From IMG/VR virus record IMGVR_UViG_3300042549_009629, positions 1 through 53,926 of that record: a stretch of DNA of 53,926 nucleotides; one strand, written 5' to 3'. The notes beneath the pieces are model-generated. The model did not search any database. It saw only the letters and a list, made by a program, of their open reading frames with translations, and was not told the DNA's origin. Shown here in pieces: positions 8,792-19,291 of this stretch (positions within the stretch are counted from its first letter, which is position 1; every line of letters starts with the position of its first letter). The DNA comes from a virus. Lineage: Duplodnaviria > Caudoviricetes. The translations under genes and the position numbers were made by a program.

Positions 8792-10501
8792 TTATAGAGA
8801 AGACAAACCTGATACGAATACACGACCATAAAATTCTGGACGAATCATTTTCTTAGCGTAACGAGTCAATAAACCTTTACGTGGAGTAAACGTTTCTGGG
8901 TCATACACCAATGGAGTCATGATTAATGGAACATATGGAGCAAATACAGCACCTGTTTCAAGGAATTGAGATCCTCTATAACCCATCAAGATAACGTTTT
9001 CAGTCATATAAGGGTTTTTATAAACAGTGTAACGGTTGTTCAAGTTACCTGATTTTTGGATACCGAATGCGTAAGACGATTTAGTTACATCACCATCAGA
9101 AGTTGAAGCAAATCCTGGGATTGATTCCAATACAGTTGCTACTGATGGAGAACATACTAAGAAATTTGCACCACCACGTAGTGTTTTTTGGTGAATCTTG
9201 TTAGACACTTTTTGGAATTTGGTACCCAAAGTTTGGAACCATTGACCTTGTGTGTTAAAGAATCCTAAATTATCATATCCTGTTTTAGCAGCGTTTAATG
9301 ACAAGTTATTTTGTGCATTCCAATATTCATCAGCAGCAGAAGCATCTTGAATCAACATATCTAAATTCTCTAAATCGATTTCTAGAGCGATATATTCAGA
9401 CATGATTGAAGTTAATTCAGCTTCAGCATCCAATGATTGGTATGCATTTAAATCTTGTGCAAACTCTGGTGTCCATTGTGCTTTCAATTTTCTTGTTTTA
9501 GCAACAATAGCTTCAGATTTCATTTTGATATCAATAGACGGGATAGCTAATGCGTCCGCAGCAGTTGATTCAGCATTTGGATAACCACCACCTAAAGGAT
9601 TAGATCCAGCACTAGATTTATCTTCAAAATCACCTCTGTTGTTATCAAGTGGTTGAATGTTGTAGAATAATGCATGAGAACCAACAGCTGTAGGAACATC
9701 AGCACTTGCTACTGCACCACCATAGATAAATGAAGCTGTTAAGTTAAGTGAAGTTGTACCAGTTACAGTTGTAAATTCAGGTAATAATTTAGCGTTAGTT
9801 GCAGGAGTTAAAGTTGAACCAGAAGCTAAGATAAATGCTCTAACACCTTTAACATCAGCATTTGATGGTAAACCAATAGATACTTTAGTATAAGATTGAG
9901 AAGATGAAACAAATTCTGCTCCGTATTTCAAATCTGACCAAGAAGCTGTTGCAACTGTAACTGTTGCTGAAGCTGTGAATTGGTTGATTGAATAAGCAAA
10001 TCTACCTGCACCATATAAACCACCAGTTGGGTCTCCACCAGCCGCTGGGTTAGTGTTACCGTACATTGAGGAAGTAGCACCATAAACATCTCCAGAAGGA
10101 CCGAAGTTACTAAATGGAGCGTTTTTACCACCTGCTTGTCCATATTGGAAATCTAGGAAAAATACAAGACCTGAAGGTAGATTCATTGGTTGTACAGACA
10201 TGAATTCTTTAGTTGATAAAGAACCAAATACTTTACGTACCAATGGAAGAGCTACACCAGCCCATTGCTCACCTTGTCCTACTGTAAAAGTAGCACCGCT
10301 ATTTCCAGTTGTGTTAGACTCAACAACTAATTGTTTTGCTTGATTTTCAAGAATCATAGCCATGTTGTTTTTATCAACTTCGCTTCCTATTCCTTCTAAT
10401 AAGCCTGTTTTAGACCATTTTGACGCCATTCTAGCCGCGTCGTTCTGCATGTTTTTCCAACCACCTGCAGCGCTTTCGAGTAATGAATTAATACTTGACA
10501 T
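8792..10501 (-). CDS. gp23: Major capsid protein (T4 gp23-like)
   Basis: ILENQ, LPLVRKVF, VQPMNLPSGLVF, AKTRKLKAQWTPEFAQDLNAYQSLDAEAEL, APYVPL, DPETFTPRKGLLTRY motifs. Confidence 0.95.
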   Translation of the reverse strand: MSSINSLLESAAGGWKNMQNDAARMASKWSKTGLLEGIGSEVDKNNMAMILENQAKQLVVESNTTGNSGATFTVGQGEQWAGVALPLVRKVFGSLSTKEFMSVQPMNLPSGLVFFLDFQYGQAGGKNAPFSNFGPSGDVYGATSSMYGNTNPAAGGDPTGGLYGAGRFAYSINQFTASATVTVATASWSDLKYGAEFVSSSQSYTKVSIGLPSNADVKGVRAFILASGSTLTPATNAKLLPEFTTVTGTTSLNLTASFIYGGAVASADVPTAVGSHALFYNIQPLDNNRGDFEDKSSAGSNPLGGGYPNAESTAADALAIPSIDIKMKSEAIVAKTRKLKAQWTPEFAQDLNAYQSLDAEAELTSIMSEYIALEIDLENLDMLIQDASAADEYWNAQNNLSLNAAKTGYDNLGFFNTQGQWFQTLGTKFQKVSNKIHQKTLRGGANFLVCSPSVATVLESIPGFASTSDGDVTKSSYAFGIQKSGNLNNRYTVYKNPYMTENVILMGYRGSQFLETGAVFAPYVPLIMTPLVYDPETFTPRKGLLTRYAKKMIRPEFYGRVFVSGLSSL

Positions 10502-10529
10502 TGTTTTTTGTTTTTGTTTTAAATTTTAA

Positions 10530-11765
10530 TTAAATAATACCAGCCAATTTTTGCATTCTTTTAAATACATCGTTTGACTCTACGATTGATTGTTTTTTAG
10601 TTGGAGTAATAGTTCCTTTAGAAGCTCTACCTAAGTTTTCTTTAATAGTACTTTTAGCTACTTTAATACCCTCGTTTAAAGTTTCATATACCATTTTTAC
10701 TTCACCTACGTTTTTAGCTTTGTCAAATGAACTTAATACTTTCACTTTTTGACTTTCGTTTAAGTTTTTAGCTTTGAATATTTTATTTGTGTAAAGCAAT
10801 TTAGCGTTTAACAAATTAATAGTATTCAATTCTTCTTTTAAAGTTTCGATTGCAGCATAAGCTTCTTCTAATTCTTCTTTAATGTTTTCTTCAAAAGCTT
10901 GTGGGTTTTTGAAAGCTCCACCCCCTTGGATTCTTCCTAAAAGACGTAACATTTCGTTATTGTTTAATCTTTTTGCTGTATCCGTCATGGTTTTGTCACT
11001 ATTTTGCATAGCTTGAAAGGCTTTAAGAATAGAAGTAATTTTCTCTTTATCTTCAGGATTTTTGTTTTCAAGGCTTTCCCATTCTGGGTAATTTTGGTCT
11101 AACCATTTTCTTTCGGATCCTTTAAGTAAGTTTTTAAAGAAATCACCGACTCCTTCTTCAACTTCTTCTTTTTCTTCGTACATTTCTTTTTTTTCTTCGT
11201 ACGTTTCTTCTTCTTCCATTTCTTCAATTTCTTTTAAAAGTTCTGCTAAATCTACTTCTTCGTCAGACATTTCCATTTCTTCACCTTCTTCACCTTCTTC
11301 TTCGCCTTCTTCACCTTCATGTCCTGCTTCAAGTTCACCTGAACCAACCATGTCTGCAATTACGTCTTCGATCATTTTTTTAAGGTCTTCGTCTGTCATG
11401 TCTTCTAAATCTAATGGTTCACCTTCTTCTCCGCCTTCTTTTTCTTCTTCCTCGCCTTCTTCAGCTTCGTTTAAGTTTTCATCCATTTCTTCATTTTCTA
11501 GCTCTGCTAAAAGTTCTTCCAAATCAATCTCATTCATGTCTTTATCTTCCATTTCTTCCATAGATTCTTTGTCTTCCATTTCGTACATGTCTTTGTCTTC
11601 CATTTCGTCCATCTCTTCCATTTCTTGAAGTTTCATTGATAACATAGATTTCAATTGAGGTGTGAAGGCTTCTTCTAGAGCTGCTTTTGCGTTTGCTATA
11701 GCCATTTCTTTTACAGCTTTAGCTTCAGCGATTGCTTCTTTAAGCATTTCTCTGTTTGTTGCCAT
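10530..11765 (-). CDS. Prohead scaffold/core protein (gp22-like position)
   Basis: Extremely Glu-rich coiled-coil protein between protease and capsid, with many [LIV]-x-E sites. Confidence 0.8.
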   Translation of the reverse strand: MATNREMLKEAIAEAKAVKEMAIANAKAALEEAFTPQLKSMLSMKLQEMEEMDEMEDKDMYEMEDKESMEEMEDKDMNEIDLEELLAELENEEMDENLNEAEEGEEEEKEGGEEGEPLDLEDMTDEDLKKMIEDVIADMVGSGELEAGHEGEEGEEEGEEGEEMEMSDEEVDLAELLKEIEEMEEEETYEEKKEMYEEKEEVEEGVGDFFKNLLKGSERKWLDQNYPEWESLENKNPEDKEKITSILKAFQAMQNSDKTMTDTAKRLNNNEMLRLLGRIQGGGAFKNPQAFEENIKEELEEAYAAIETLKEELNTINLLNAKLLYTNKIFKAKNLNESQKVKVLSSFDKAKNVGEVKMVYETLNEGIKVAKSTIKENLGRASKGTITPTKKQSIVESNDVFKRMQKLAGII

Positions 11766-11794
11766 TTTTCCTAAATTTATTTTTGTTGGGAAAA

Positions 11795-11878
11795 TACGTT
11801 TATTAGAAACGTAATAGAATTTTATTAATTAGATACCACATAATGTATTGAGGGGTGGTATATTCGTATTATATGTAT
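11795..11878 (-). promoter_or_regulatory. Structured 5' leader of the scaffold-capsid operon (two hairpins plus a variant promoter)
   Basis: Inverted repeats ATACCAC/GTGGTAT (11833-11861) and TACGTTT/AAACGTA (11795-11813); variant motif ATACATAT at 11871-11878. Confidence 0.45.
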
Positions 11879-11907
11879 GTGTGGGGTAATGTAAAGTCGC
11901 AGAGAAC

Positions 11908-11930
11908 AAAAAAGCCCTCAAAAAGAGGGC
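11908..11930 (-). terminator. Rho-independent terminator after the prohead protease
   Basis: GCCCTC-TTTTT-GAGGGC followed by a T tract on the minus strand. Confidence 0.8.
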
Positions 11931-11954
11931 AATATTGTGTTATGTTATTTTATA

Positions 11955-12587
11955 TTAAAATATAGGGCAAGTACCTTTAGCACACAAAATTTCAGTCAAT
12001 AATGAATTTGTACGTGCATATGGATCTAAATATGTTGTTCTAGATTCATTTAATGAACCATTTTTCATCCATGAATCTGGGTTAGATGGGTTGGAAACTA
12101 AATCCCAAGTTAGCAATTCAAAGTCGTCTTGAACTTCCATTACTCCATCTGATTCTTTCAATGAACCCATTCCACGAGATGAAATACCAATAATTAAACC
12201 GTTATTAACTAACGCACCCGCTATACGACCAGATACTGTACCTTTTTCTCCTGGGTCTGAAAATATTTCAACCATACCTAAAATTTCATCTCCCTCCCAC
12301 CATATTTTTCTTATAGCGTGAGATGCATTTTTTAAATTGATAATCTGTGAGTCCGGATGATCCAGCTCACCACATGTTTCAGTTGTTCTCTGTTGGATTT
12401 TACGTTGGAAATTGTCGATTTCACGCTCCCATAACTCTCGTTTATAATATCTCCCGTTACCGTTTTTTATTTCAACAGTAGCCAAAATACCTTCAACAAA
12501 AACATTTCCACCGTTTCGCATTCCTTCTAAAATACGAACTGGTTTCGGAACAAATTGTCTGGTTTCTATTAAGAGTTGTTTATCCAT
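11955..12587 (-). CDS. gp21: Prohead core protease (T4 gp21-like)
   Basis: KNGNGRYY, GELDHP, SHAI, GISSRGMGSL, WDLVSNPS motifs. Confidence 0.95.
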   Translation of the reverse strand: MDKQLLIETRQFVPKPVRILEGMRNGGNVFVEGILATVEIKNGNGRYYKRELWEREIDNFQRKIQQRTTETCGELDHPDSQIINLKNASHAIRKIWWEGDEILGMVEIFSDPGEKGTVSGRIAGALVNNGLIIGISSRGMGSLKESDGVMEVQDDFELLTWDLVSNPSNPDSWMKNGSLNESRTTYLDPYARTNSLLTEILCAKGTCPIF

Positions 12588-12589
12588 TT

Positions 12590-14446
12590 TTAATATTCTT
12601 CTTCGGTATCTAATTCTTCACCTTGTCCAATATCTGAATCTTGTTTCCAGTAAAGGAAGTTTTTTATATGATTTCTCTCATCAAGTGATAAATTTGGATA
12701 ATTACCAATGATTGAATCAATGCTTTCTCCATCTCTTAATCTTTGTTCAGCATCTTTAAGATATTTAGGATCAATATCCTCTACCATATCTTCGGAATTA
12801 TCCATTTCATCAATTACTTCTTTTTTCTTTCCTTTATGCTTACCCATCATTTTATCAATTTTGGATTTTGCTTTTTCTAGTGCTTTGATATCTTTTTGAA
12901 TTTCTTTAACTTTTTTAGCATCGGTAAGGGCTTTCATATCCTCATCCTCGTCTAATTTGCTAATTTGAGATTGTTTTTTGTCAATTAAATCTTGTACTTT
13001 GTTTAATTTAGATTGTAAAATTTCGTGTTCAGCTTCTTTATTGATAGCTGCTAATTCTTTTTCAACACCTTCTTTTAAATCTTTTAAACTTTTTTCTACA
13101 GGGACAAATACACTGATATTACCTTTTGAATTAATTTTAGCACCTTTAATTTTAAATACTGGTTTTCCTCCTAATATAGCTGTTTCGATGTTAGCTCTAT
13201 CCATTAAGTGTTTTCTTAAATCTGAATTTCCAGCTTTAGGTCCAAGATTAGCATGCAATACTTTAGTTATAAAGATTTTATCTTCACCATTATCACCTGT
13301 TTTTACTATAAGATTTCCTTCTGATCTTTGGATTTTTTCAAAGTCTTTATCAAATGTTAAATATTTGTTTGATGGGTCTCTTTCTTCTCTATCTTTATTA
13401 ACTTTTTTAGGATTGATAATAGTACTCATTTGAGTAGCTTCACCTAATTCAGCATCAACCATTTCACGAATTATTTCACGTAATTTAGTTTCTTCAGGTG
13501 AATTATCTTTTTTTCTTTCAGCACGTCCTGGATATAATTGATTTAATTTAGCTTCAATTTCTTCTGGAGTGAATTTTTTGTCTGGTTTTTCAGTAAATGC
13601 TTTTTTAACATTGGATATAAAGCTATCTATTTCTTTAGATTCTTTAAATCCTATTGCTCTATCTTTAAGTTTATCTTTAAGAGCATCTCTTAATCCTTCT
13701 ACACCTTTTGTTGATAGCATAGAATTAACTACTATAGGAGTAACTCCCATACTGTGTAATTTTGATTTAAGATCTAATTCATCCATTGTATTAATGTCTG
13801 GTTCGTATGCCTCATTAATTTTAGATTCTTTTAAATCACCATATCCGGATGATTTCCATTTACCTTTAGCTTCTTTTGGCTCACCTAAACCAGGTGCTTC
13901 AGTAGTGTATCCTAAACCTTTAACTCCAAATTGACCATCTTTTGTATAGTGAATTGGATCTTTAGATAAATTTTTAATTACCATGTCTTTCAACTGTTGC
14001 ATGGTTTTATCAGCATTTTTAGGATCTTTCATTTCAGCATAATAACCCATCATGATTTGATCAAATATCAAATTATCTGGGTTTTTATCATCTTTATTGT
14101 CGAATTGTTTTTCAAGATCTTTTTCTACAGGTTTAGATACTTTTTTCTCTTCTGCTTTTACTTTCTCGTCTTCGTTTTCTTTCTTTTTTTTAGCTTCAGA
14201 TAAAAATGACTCAAATGCTAATTCATATGGTTGTTTTTTAGTCGGTTCAATATAATTAATAGGCATTACATTAATAATGTTTTCATTAATAATATTTTTT
14301 GTTTTTAATGAAGCCGCTGCTTCCTCAAATGTAGCAGCATTAGGTACATATTGTGGAAAGTCACGTTTTGCGTCTGCAAGGAAAACGCCTTTATGTCCTT
14401 TACCTTCTTTAATTAATAAATACTGATCTTGTAATGTCTTTTTCAT
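12590..14446 (-). CDS. Putative internal head polyprotein (618 aa)
   Basis: K/E-rich protein in the head cluster, segmented by IKE, INE, LSE, LKE, LGE, LDE and IDE sites. Confidence 0.5.
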   Translation of the reverse strand: MKKTLQDQYLLIKEGKGHKGVFLADAKRDFPQYVPNAATFEEAAASLKTKNIINENIINVMPINYIEPTKKQPYELAFESFLSEAKKKKENEDEKVKAEEKKVSKPVEKDLEKQFDNKDDKNPDNLIFDQIMMGYYAEMKDPKNADKTMQQLKDMVIKNLSKDPIHYTKDGQFGVKGLGYTTEAPGLGEPKEAKGKWKSSGYGDLKESKINEAYEPDINTMDELDLKSKLHSMGVTPIVVNSMLSTKGVEGLRDALKDKLKDRAIGFKESKEIDSFISNVKKAFTEKPDKKFTPEEIEAKLNQLYPGRAERKKDNSPEETKLREIIREMVDAELGEATQMSTIINPKKVNKDREERDPSNKYLTFDKDFEKIQRSEGNLIVKTGDNGEDKIFITKVLHANLGPKAGNSDLRKHLMDRANIETAILGGKPVFKIKGAKINSKGNISVFVPVEKSLKDLKEGVEKELAAINKEAEHEILQSKLNKVQDLIDKKQSQISKLDEDEDMKALTDAKKVKEIQKDIKALEKAKSKIDKMMGKHKGKKKEVIDEMDNSEDMVEDIDPKYLKDAEQRLRDGESIDSIIGNYPNLSLDERNHIKNFLYWKQDSDIGQGEELDTEEEY

Positions 14447-14895
14447 TATTTTTCTGTTAAAAGTTGTTTTACCTCTTTAAGGTAATTTAATACCATTTCT
14501 ATTGGTTGTGTTATATCAAATGAACCTGCGTTTCCACTATATAATTCAATTGTTTCATTCTTTGCATTGGAAACTAATGGTGATATTTCATTCAATAATT
14601 TCTCAATTTCGTCTAAACCAGCTATACGTTTCTTTTGAAATTCGTTCATTTCATTTAACATCTCATCTTCCCACAATTGTTTTTTATCGTAAGATTTTGG
14701 TTTGATATTTGGAACTGGTTTAAATCCTAATTTATAGTAATAAATATTCTTAGTTCCTTTAGAATTAGTTTTAGAAGCAAATGCTGCCGGTGTAGCATAT
14801 CCTTCACCTTGACCAGCACTAAAAGAAGCGCCACCATTGCCGGTAGCGTTCATTTCTTTAATTTTAGCTCTTATTATTTCTTTAATCTTATCCAT
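14446..14895 (-). CDS. Hypothetical head protein
   Basis: Leader MDKIKEIIRAKIKE, YATPAAF motif, LNE site. Confidence 0.45.
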   Translation of the reverse strand: MDKIKEIIRAKIKEMNATGNGGASFSAGQGEGYATPAAFASKTNSKGTKNIYYYKLGFKPVPNIKPKSYDKKQLWEDEMLNEMNEFQKKRIAGLDEIEKLLNEISPLVSNAKNETIELYSGNAGSFDITQPIEMVLNYLKEVKQLLTEK

Positions 14896-15745
14896 TTACA
14901 GTCTCTAATTCATTAATTAAGTCATAATACTGTAACAGGTCAACTAAATCATTATCTGTTACCTTAGCATTTTTAGATGGAGGTTGAATGATTGAAATAA
15001 TTTCGTTGATTTTTATTTTAGTAGAAGGATTTTTTGTTTTTTTATTTAAAGCAGTTAATCCGGTTTTAATTTCATTAATCTTATTAGTATAGAATTCTTT
15101 TAGACGTGGTGTATTGTCTACTGAATTGATATATTCTTTAAGAAGTAATTTTTGATTAAGGTTTAATGAATCATATTTAGTGTTAAATTTCTCCATTAAT
15201 ATCTTATGGGTAAGGAAAAGGACATCTCTGTCAGCTTTTTCTACTTCTTCCATTACCTCATCTCTCAATTTACTTTCTTTAATAGACGCTGCAGTTAAGT
15301 GCTCTAGAATAGTAACTTTGTTTGTTATGATTTGGTTTGGATTTGCTGATTGTTGAACATTAGATATTTCTAGTAATGTGTAGAATGCAGCATATACTTT
15401 GTAACTAGGTAATTTATGATTAAAAAATTCATTTACATTATAATGTTGTTGAATTTCGTTAATTAAATTATATTTTTGTCTTTTAACAACTCCTCTATTT
15501 AATGTTTTAGAAGAATCTATTAAAGTAGATACTACAATATTAGCTTTTGTTTCAGTTAATGTAGTTTTCTTTAAAAGAGTTTCATATAATTTATATTCCC
15601 TTCCTAATTCTGTTTTTACAAAATATTTTTTAAGTATATCTTTTGCGGGGGAATCTTTACCCTCTAACGTATCCGAGGTAATTTGACGAACTAAAAGTTC
15701 AAAAAGGATTCCAGTATTTTTATACTTTGAATGTTTGACTTGCAT
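14888..15745 (-). CDS. Hypothetical helical protein adjacent to the portal
   Basis: Clean 285-aa ORF (KHSKYKNTGILFELL) with its own promoter motif. Confidence 0.5.
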   Translation of the reverse strand: MQVKHSKYKNTGILFELLVRQITSDTLEGKDSPAKDILKKYFVKTELGREYKLYETLLKKTTLTETKANIVVSTLIDSSKTLNRGVVKRQKYNLINEIQQHYNVNEFFNHKLPSYKVYAAFYTLLEISNVQQSANPNQIITNKVTILEHLTAASIKESKLRDEVMEEVEKADRDVLFLTHKILMEKFNTKYDSLNLNQKLLLKEYINSVDNTPRLKEFYTNKINEIKTGLTALNKKTKNPSTKIKINEIISIIQPPSKNAKVTDNDLVDLLQYYDLINELETVNG

Positions 15746-15767
15746 TCTTTTTAGTTTGGTTTTATTG

Positions 15768-15775
15768 ATAAATAT
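15768..15775 (-). promoter_or_regulatory. Putative late promoter ATATTTAT
   Basis: 22 nt upstream of ATG 15745. Confidence 0.6.
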
Positions 15776-15786
15776 ATAAAAAAATA

Positions 15787-17682
15787 TTACTCTCGTATTT
15801 GTGATTCATCTAATAGTGAATTTCCCTTTATATCTGCTTCAAAGATCATTTGTTTTTTATGGGTTACAATATCTTTAAACATTTTTGTATTTTTGTTTCG
15901 TTTAGTTTCCAATGCTAATGGGGATCCACCTTTGTATTGTGGTTTAGTTGAATCAGATTCATCATTATCTTTTTTAGCACCTAAGGCTCCTATTCTATCT
16001 TTACCTAAAGCATTATCTTGAGTGTTTCTATCAGTTACTTTTTCTTCTGGTCTGCCTAATACTGGTTTTTCCTCTTCATATCCTACAGGAACTTCTCCAG
16101 AATCATATCTACTTCGACCATATAGGGAAGCTAAATCATGTGGTGTACCGTATGATTTTCCAGTTTCAAGTGGGTCATTACCTTCGTTTTCGATCTGAGT
16201 TATACGGAATTTACGTTTAGCATCTTGAGCAATCAAGTCTCTATATTCATCATATTGATCTTCACTCAAATGGAATATGTTTTCATATATCCAATCAGTA
16301 GGCATTAATTTATTTTCCATCATTTGAGTAGCTAGATCTACTTTTTCTTTCATTAATGCTACTCTTTCTTGGTCATAAATGATTGATGGTGTAGTTAATG
16401 ATAGTTCAAAATTAGTCATACTCTCATCTGTAAAACCTTGAGTATATAAATGAACCAATGCTATTTTAGTTAATTCAGATATTATAATACGTTGAATTCG
16501 TTCAATAGTACGAGCAAATCTAATATCTTCAGCTGCTAATGTAGCTTTACCTGTTAAATCTTTTTCATACCCCATAAACGCTTTAGGTACTTTAAGAGCA
16601 GCAAATAATTTATCTCTTAAATACTCAACGTCTTGAATCCCATCCCATTGTAAACCGCCTAAATTATCAATTTTAGTTGCTTGATCATTACCACGAATTG
16701 GGATATAAAAATCTTCAAGTAAATTTTGCATGTTATACTTCAAATTATAATCACCTGTTTGTTGATCAATATATGGAGTACGTTTCATTTTAGATATTGT
16801 CTTTTGCATGAAATTTTCTACTTCAGCAGGAGCAATATTACCAACGTTAATGTAAAATATACGTTTTTCAGGCGCTCTAACAATACGATGAATTAACATC
16901 GCATCTTCCATCATAGTATATTGTTTAAACAATTTACGAGCTGGTTCTAAATACGATCTACCATAAGGTAAAAAGTTAGTATCTGTAAGTAAACGGAAGT
17001 GAGCCATTTCATAGTTATCAAAATAAATTGAATTAGCTTGCCCTCCAGCATTTGGTACATTATAGTATCCATAATCTGATGGTGATGAAATACCATCTGG
17101 ATCAAATCTAAAACGAATTGAATTTGGATGGTCTCTATCATATCCATCTTGTCTTTCAATGTGATATGCATTGTATGGGATTACATTATATACTCCAAAT
17201 TTTTCAGCTATTTCTAATTTTAAAAAGAAATCTCCATATTTCAACATATTGCGAATCCAAGGCCATAAATTAAATTCTATGTTCAGTACGTCGTAGAATA
17301 AATTATATAGAATTTTTTGCACGTCCTCATCTGAGCTACGTATTTGAAGCACTTCTCCCATGTCGTTACGCAATGTGCTTTCGTCAGATAAAATATCTAA
17401 AGCAGAAGCAATAATAGCATCTGTATCCATTGAATCATATTCTGAATATAAAGTAGGTCTTAAGGTTTGGTAATTAAAGCTACTTTGGTACCCATAAATT
17501 GATGTATGTGAGTTAGTATATATTCGATTAAATCTATCTACAAGTGCATTTGTTTCATATTCACCTGAGATTTGTATTTTGTTTATATCAACTACTTTTA
17601 GTTGATTTCCCCCATCATTTCGAATGATTACATCGGTTGAAAATAATCTTTTTAATCTTGAAAATAATTTAGTATCTGCCAT
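15787..17682 (-). CDS. gp20: Portal protein (T4 gp20-like)
   Basis: MEDAMLIHRIVRAPEKRIFYINVGN, LEDFYIP.RG, DVEYLRDKLFAALKVP motifs. Confidence 0.95.
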   Translation of the reverse strand: MADTKLFSRLKRLFSTDVIIRNDGGNQLKVVDINKIQISGEYETNALVDRFNRIYTNSHTSIYGYQSSFNYQTLRPTLYSEYDSMDTDAIIASALDILSDESTLRNDMGEVLQIRSSDEDVQKILYNLFYDVLNIEFNLWPWIRNMLKYGDFFLKLEIAEKFGVYNVIPYNAYHIERQDGYDRDHPNSIRFRFDPDGISSPSDYGYYNVPNAGGQANSIYFDNYEMAHFRLLTDTNFLPYGRSYLEPARKLFKQYTMMEDAMLIHRIVRAPEKRIFYINVGNIAPAEVENFMQKTISKMKRTPYIDQQTGDYNLKYNMQNLLEDFYIPIRGNDQATKIDNLGGLQWDGIQDVEYLRDKLFAALKVPKAFMGYEKDLTGKATLAAEDIRFARTIERIQRIIISELTKIALVHLYTQGFTDESMTNFELSLTTPSIIYDQERVALMKEKVDLATQMMENKLMPTDWIYENIFHLSEDQYDEYRDLIAQDAKRKFRITQIENEGNDPLETGKSYGTPHDLASLYGRSRYDSGEVPVGYEEEKPVLGRPEEKVTDRNTQDNALGKDRIGALGAKKDNDESDSTKPQYKGGSPLALETKRNKNTKMFKDIVTHKKQMIFEADIKGNSLLDESQIRE

Positions 17683-17692
17683 GTTTTGTTTA

Positions 17693-19288
17693 TTATAATA
17701 ACCAAGAAATATCTTCTTGATTATCTGCGTAAGGGTTGTTTATTTTAAAAGGGTTATTATGAGTGCCATCAGGAGATTGAGGCAAATTTGAATATCCACC
17801 TGAATATTTTGTTGTATTAGTTGACATACTGTTAAGAATGCTTTTAGTCATTTCCATTCCACTTTGTCTTAATTTAAATGCTGTGTCTCTTAAGTAACAT
17901 CCAATTGAGAATGCCATTACTAAATCATCATTGTATCCAGATTGAGCTTCTGCTCTACCATTTCTCCAAATAAATACTTTCATTTCTTCAAGTAACCTTA
18001 TTGATTGAAATGTAACTCCTTTATCTCCTATAGCTTCTTGGAATTTACCAATAGCGATAGGGCGTGTTGTTGTCGACATTGTAAATCCAGGTGTCATTCT
18101 ACTTGTATCCATATATGGATCAAAATACGAATCAACTGTCATGTTTCCACCCTTAGGTGAATAATAGAAATTTTGATAACCTCTATCTAATATTGTTTGA
18201 ATAGTAGACCATCCTATGTTAGAATTTTCAACTGCTAATAAAGCATTATTATATTCAGTTGCTATGCTTACTAGTAAATGACCATAATCTTTTGTTCCGA
18301 TTTGTCCCCTATATTCACCTACCTGGGTAAATGTTTCAATATCAAAGATATGAAACCCTGAATAATCCTTACCATCACCACGAGCAACGTCTGCTACGAT
18401 CAAATAGTTCCGAGAATAATCCGCTGGTTCCCAAATCCATAAGTTTTGGTCTACTCCCCGTTTTTCCAACGGGTCTCTTATATAAGTTTTTCCATAAAAA
18501 TCTATATCTTCAGAATAAAATACAGTATCTCCAGAAGTACTAAAGTCACAGTCACATTCCTGTGCTGCCATTCTAATACCTAAATCTTTATCTTGTAAAT
18601 CTCTCCATGTTTGATCTCGTTCAGGATGAACTTGCCAAGGTAATCTAATGGGTAAAAAACTATTTTCACTCATTTCTGCACCAACCCACATTTTATGGAA
18701 CCAGTTACCTGTACCATAAGGTGTAGATAATGCTATACAACCCCCACCCGTAGCTAGGGTTTGTTGAGCTGATGCCCAAATCTCACCTATACCATTAATA
18801 AAAGCTGCCTCATCAATTATTAGCAAAGTAACGGCTTCTGAACGACCTGCATCACTTGATGCTGAAGTGGCTTTAACTTGAGATCCATTATTTAATCTAA
18901 GGGTTAATTTACTTTCCTCAGCGGGTTTATTATTTTCTCTTAACCAAGAAGGTAAGCTATTGTACATGAACTTAACTTTAGTAACCATGTTTTTAGCGGT
19001 TTCCTGTTTAGTTGCAATACATAGCACATTTTTATCTTCATGGAATAACATCAACCATAACGAGTAACCTGCTGCTAAAGTAGAAATACCTAACTGTCTA
19101 GATTTTAATACAATTGAATAATCGTTTTGTTGAAATAAAGTTAAAACACGTTCTTGGAATGGGTAAAGGTTAAATTGAATTCTACCACGTTTTGGATGCT
19201 GGATGTAGCAATATTTTTTCATAAAATATGCAGGTGATGCTGCACATTTAATATATTCTTCTCTTATTGCTTTTCTTAAATCAGACAT
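17693..19288 (-). CDS. gp17: Terminase large subunit (T4 gp17-like)
   Basis: KSRQLGIST Walker A, IIDEAAFI Walker B, STPYG coupling motif, ADVARGDGKDYS and NDDLVMA nuclease motifs. Confidence 0.95.
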   Translation of the reverse strand: MSDLRKAIREEYIKCAASPAYFMKKYCYIQHPKRGRIQFNLYPFQERVLTLFQQNDYSIVLKSRQLGISTLAAGYSLWLMLFHEDKNVLCIATKQETAKNMVTKVKFMYNSLPSWLRENNKPAEESKLTLRLNNGSQVKATSASSDAGRSEAVTLLIIDEAAFINGIGEIWASAQQTLATGGGCIALSTPYGTGNWFHKMWVGAEMSENSFLPIRLPWQVHPERDQTWRDLQDKDLGIRMAAQECDCDFSTSGDTVFYSEDIDFYGKTYIRDPLEKRGVDQNLWIWEPADYSRNYLIVADVARGDGKDYSGFHIFDIETFTQVGEYRGQIGTKDYGHLLVSIATEYNNALLAVENSNIGWSTIQTILDRGYQNFYYSPKGGNMTVDSYFDPYMDTSRMTPGFTMSTTTRPIAIGKFQEAIGDKGVTFQSIRLLEEMKVFIWRNGRAEAQSGYNDDLVMAFSIGCYLRDTAFKLRQSGMEMTKSILNSMSTNTTKYSGGYSNLPQSPDGTHNNPFKINNPYADNQEDISWLL

Positions 19289-19291
19289 AAA

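Noticed and set aside
17693-19288. Cleavable leader on terminase (MSDLRKAIREE)
   Set aside because: T4-like terminases are not packaged cargo. This shows that I-x-E can occur by chance and is a caution for the leader hypothesis.
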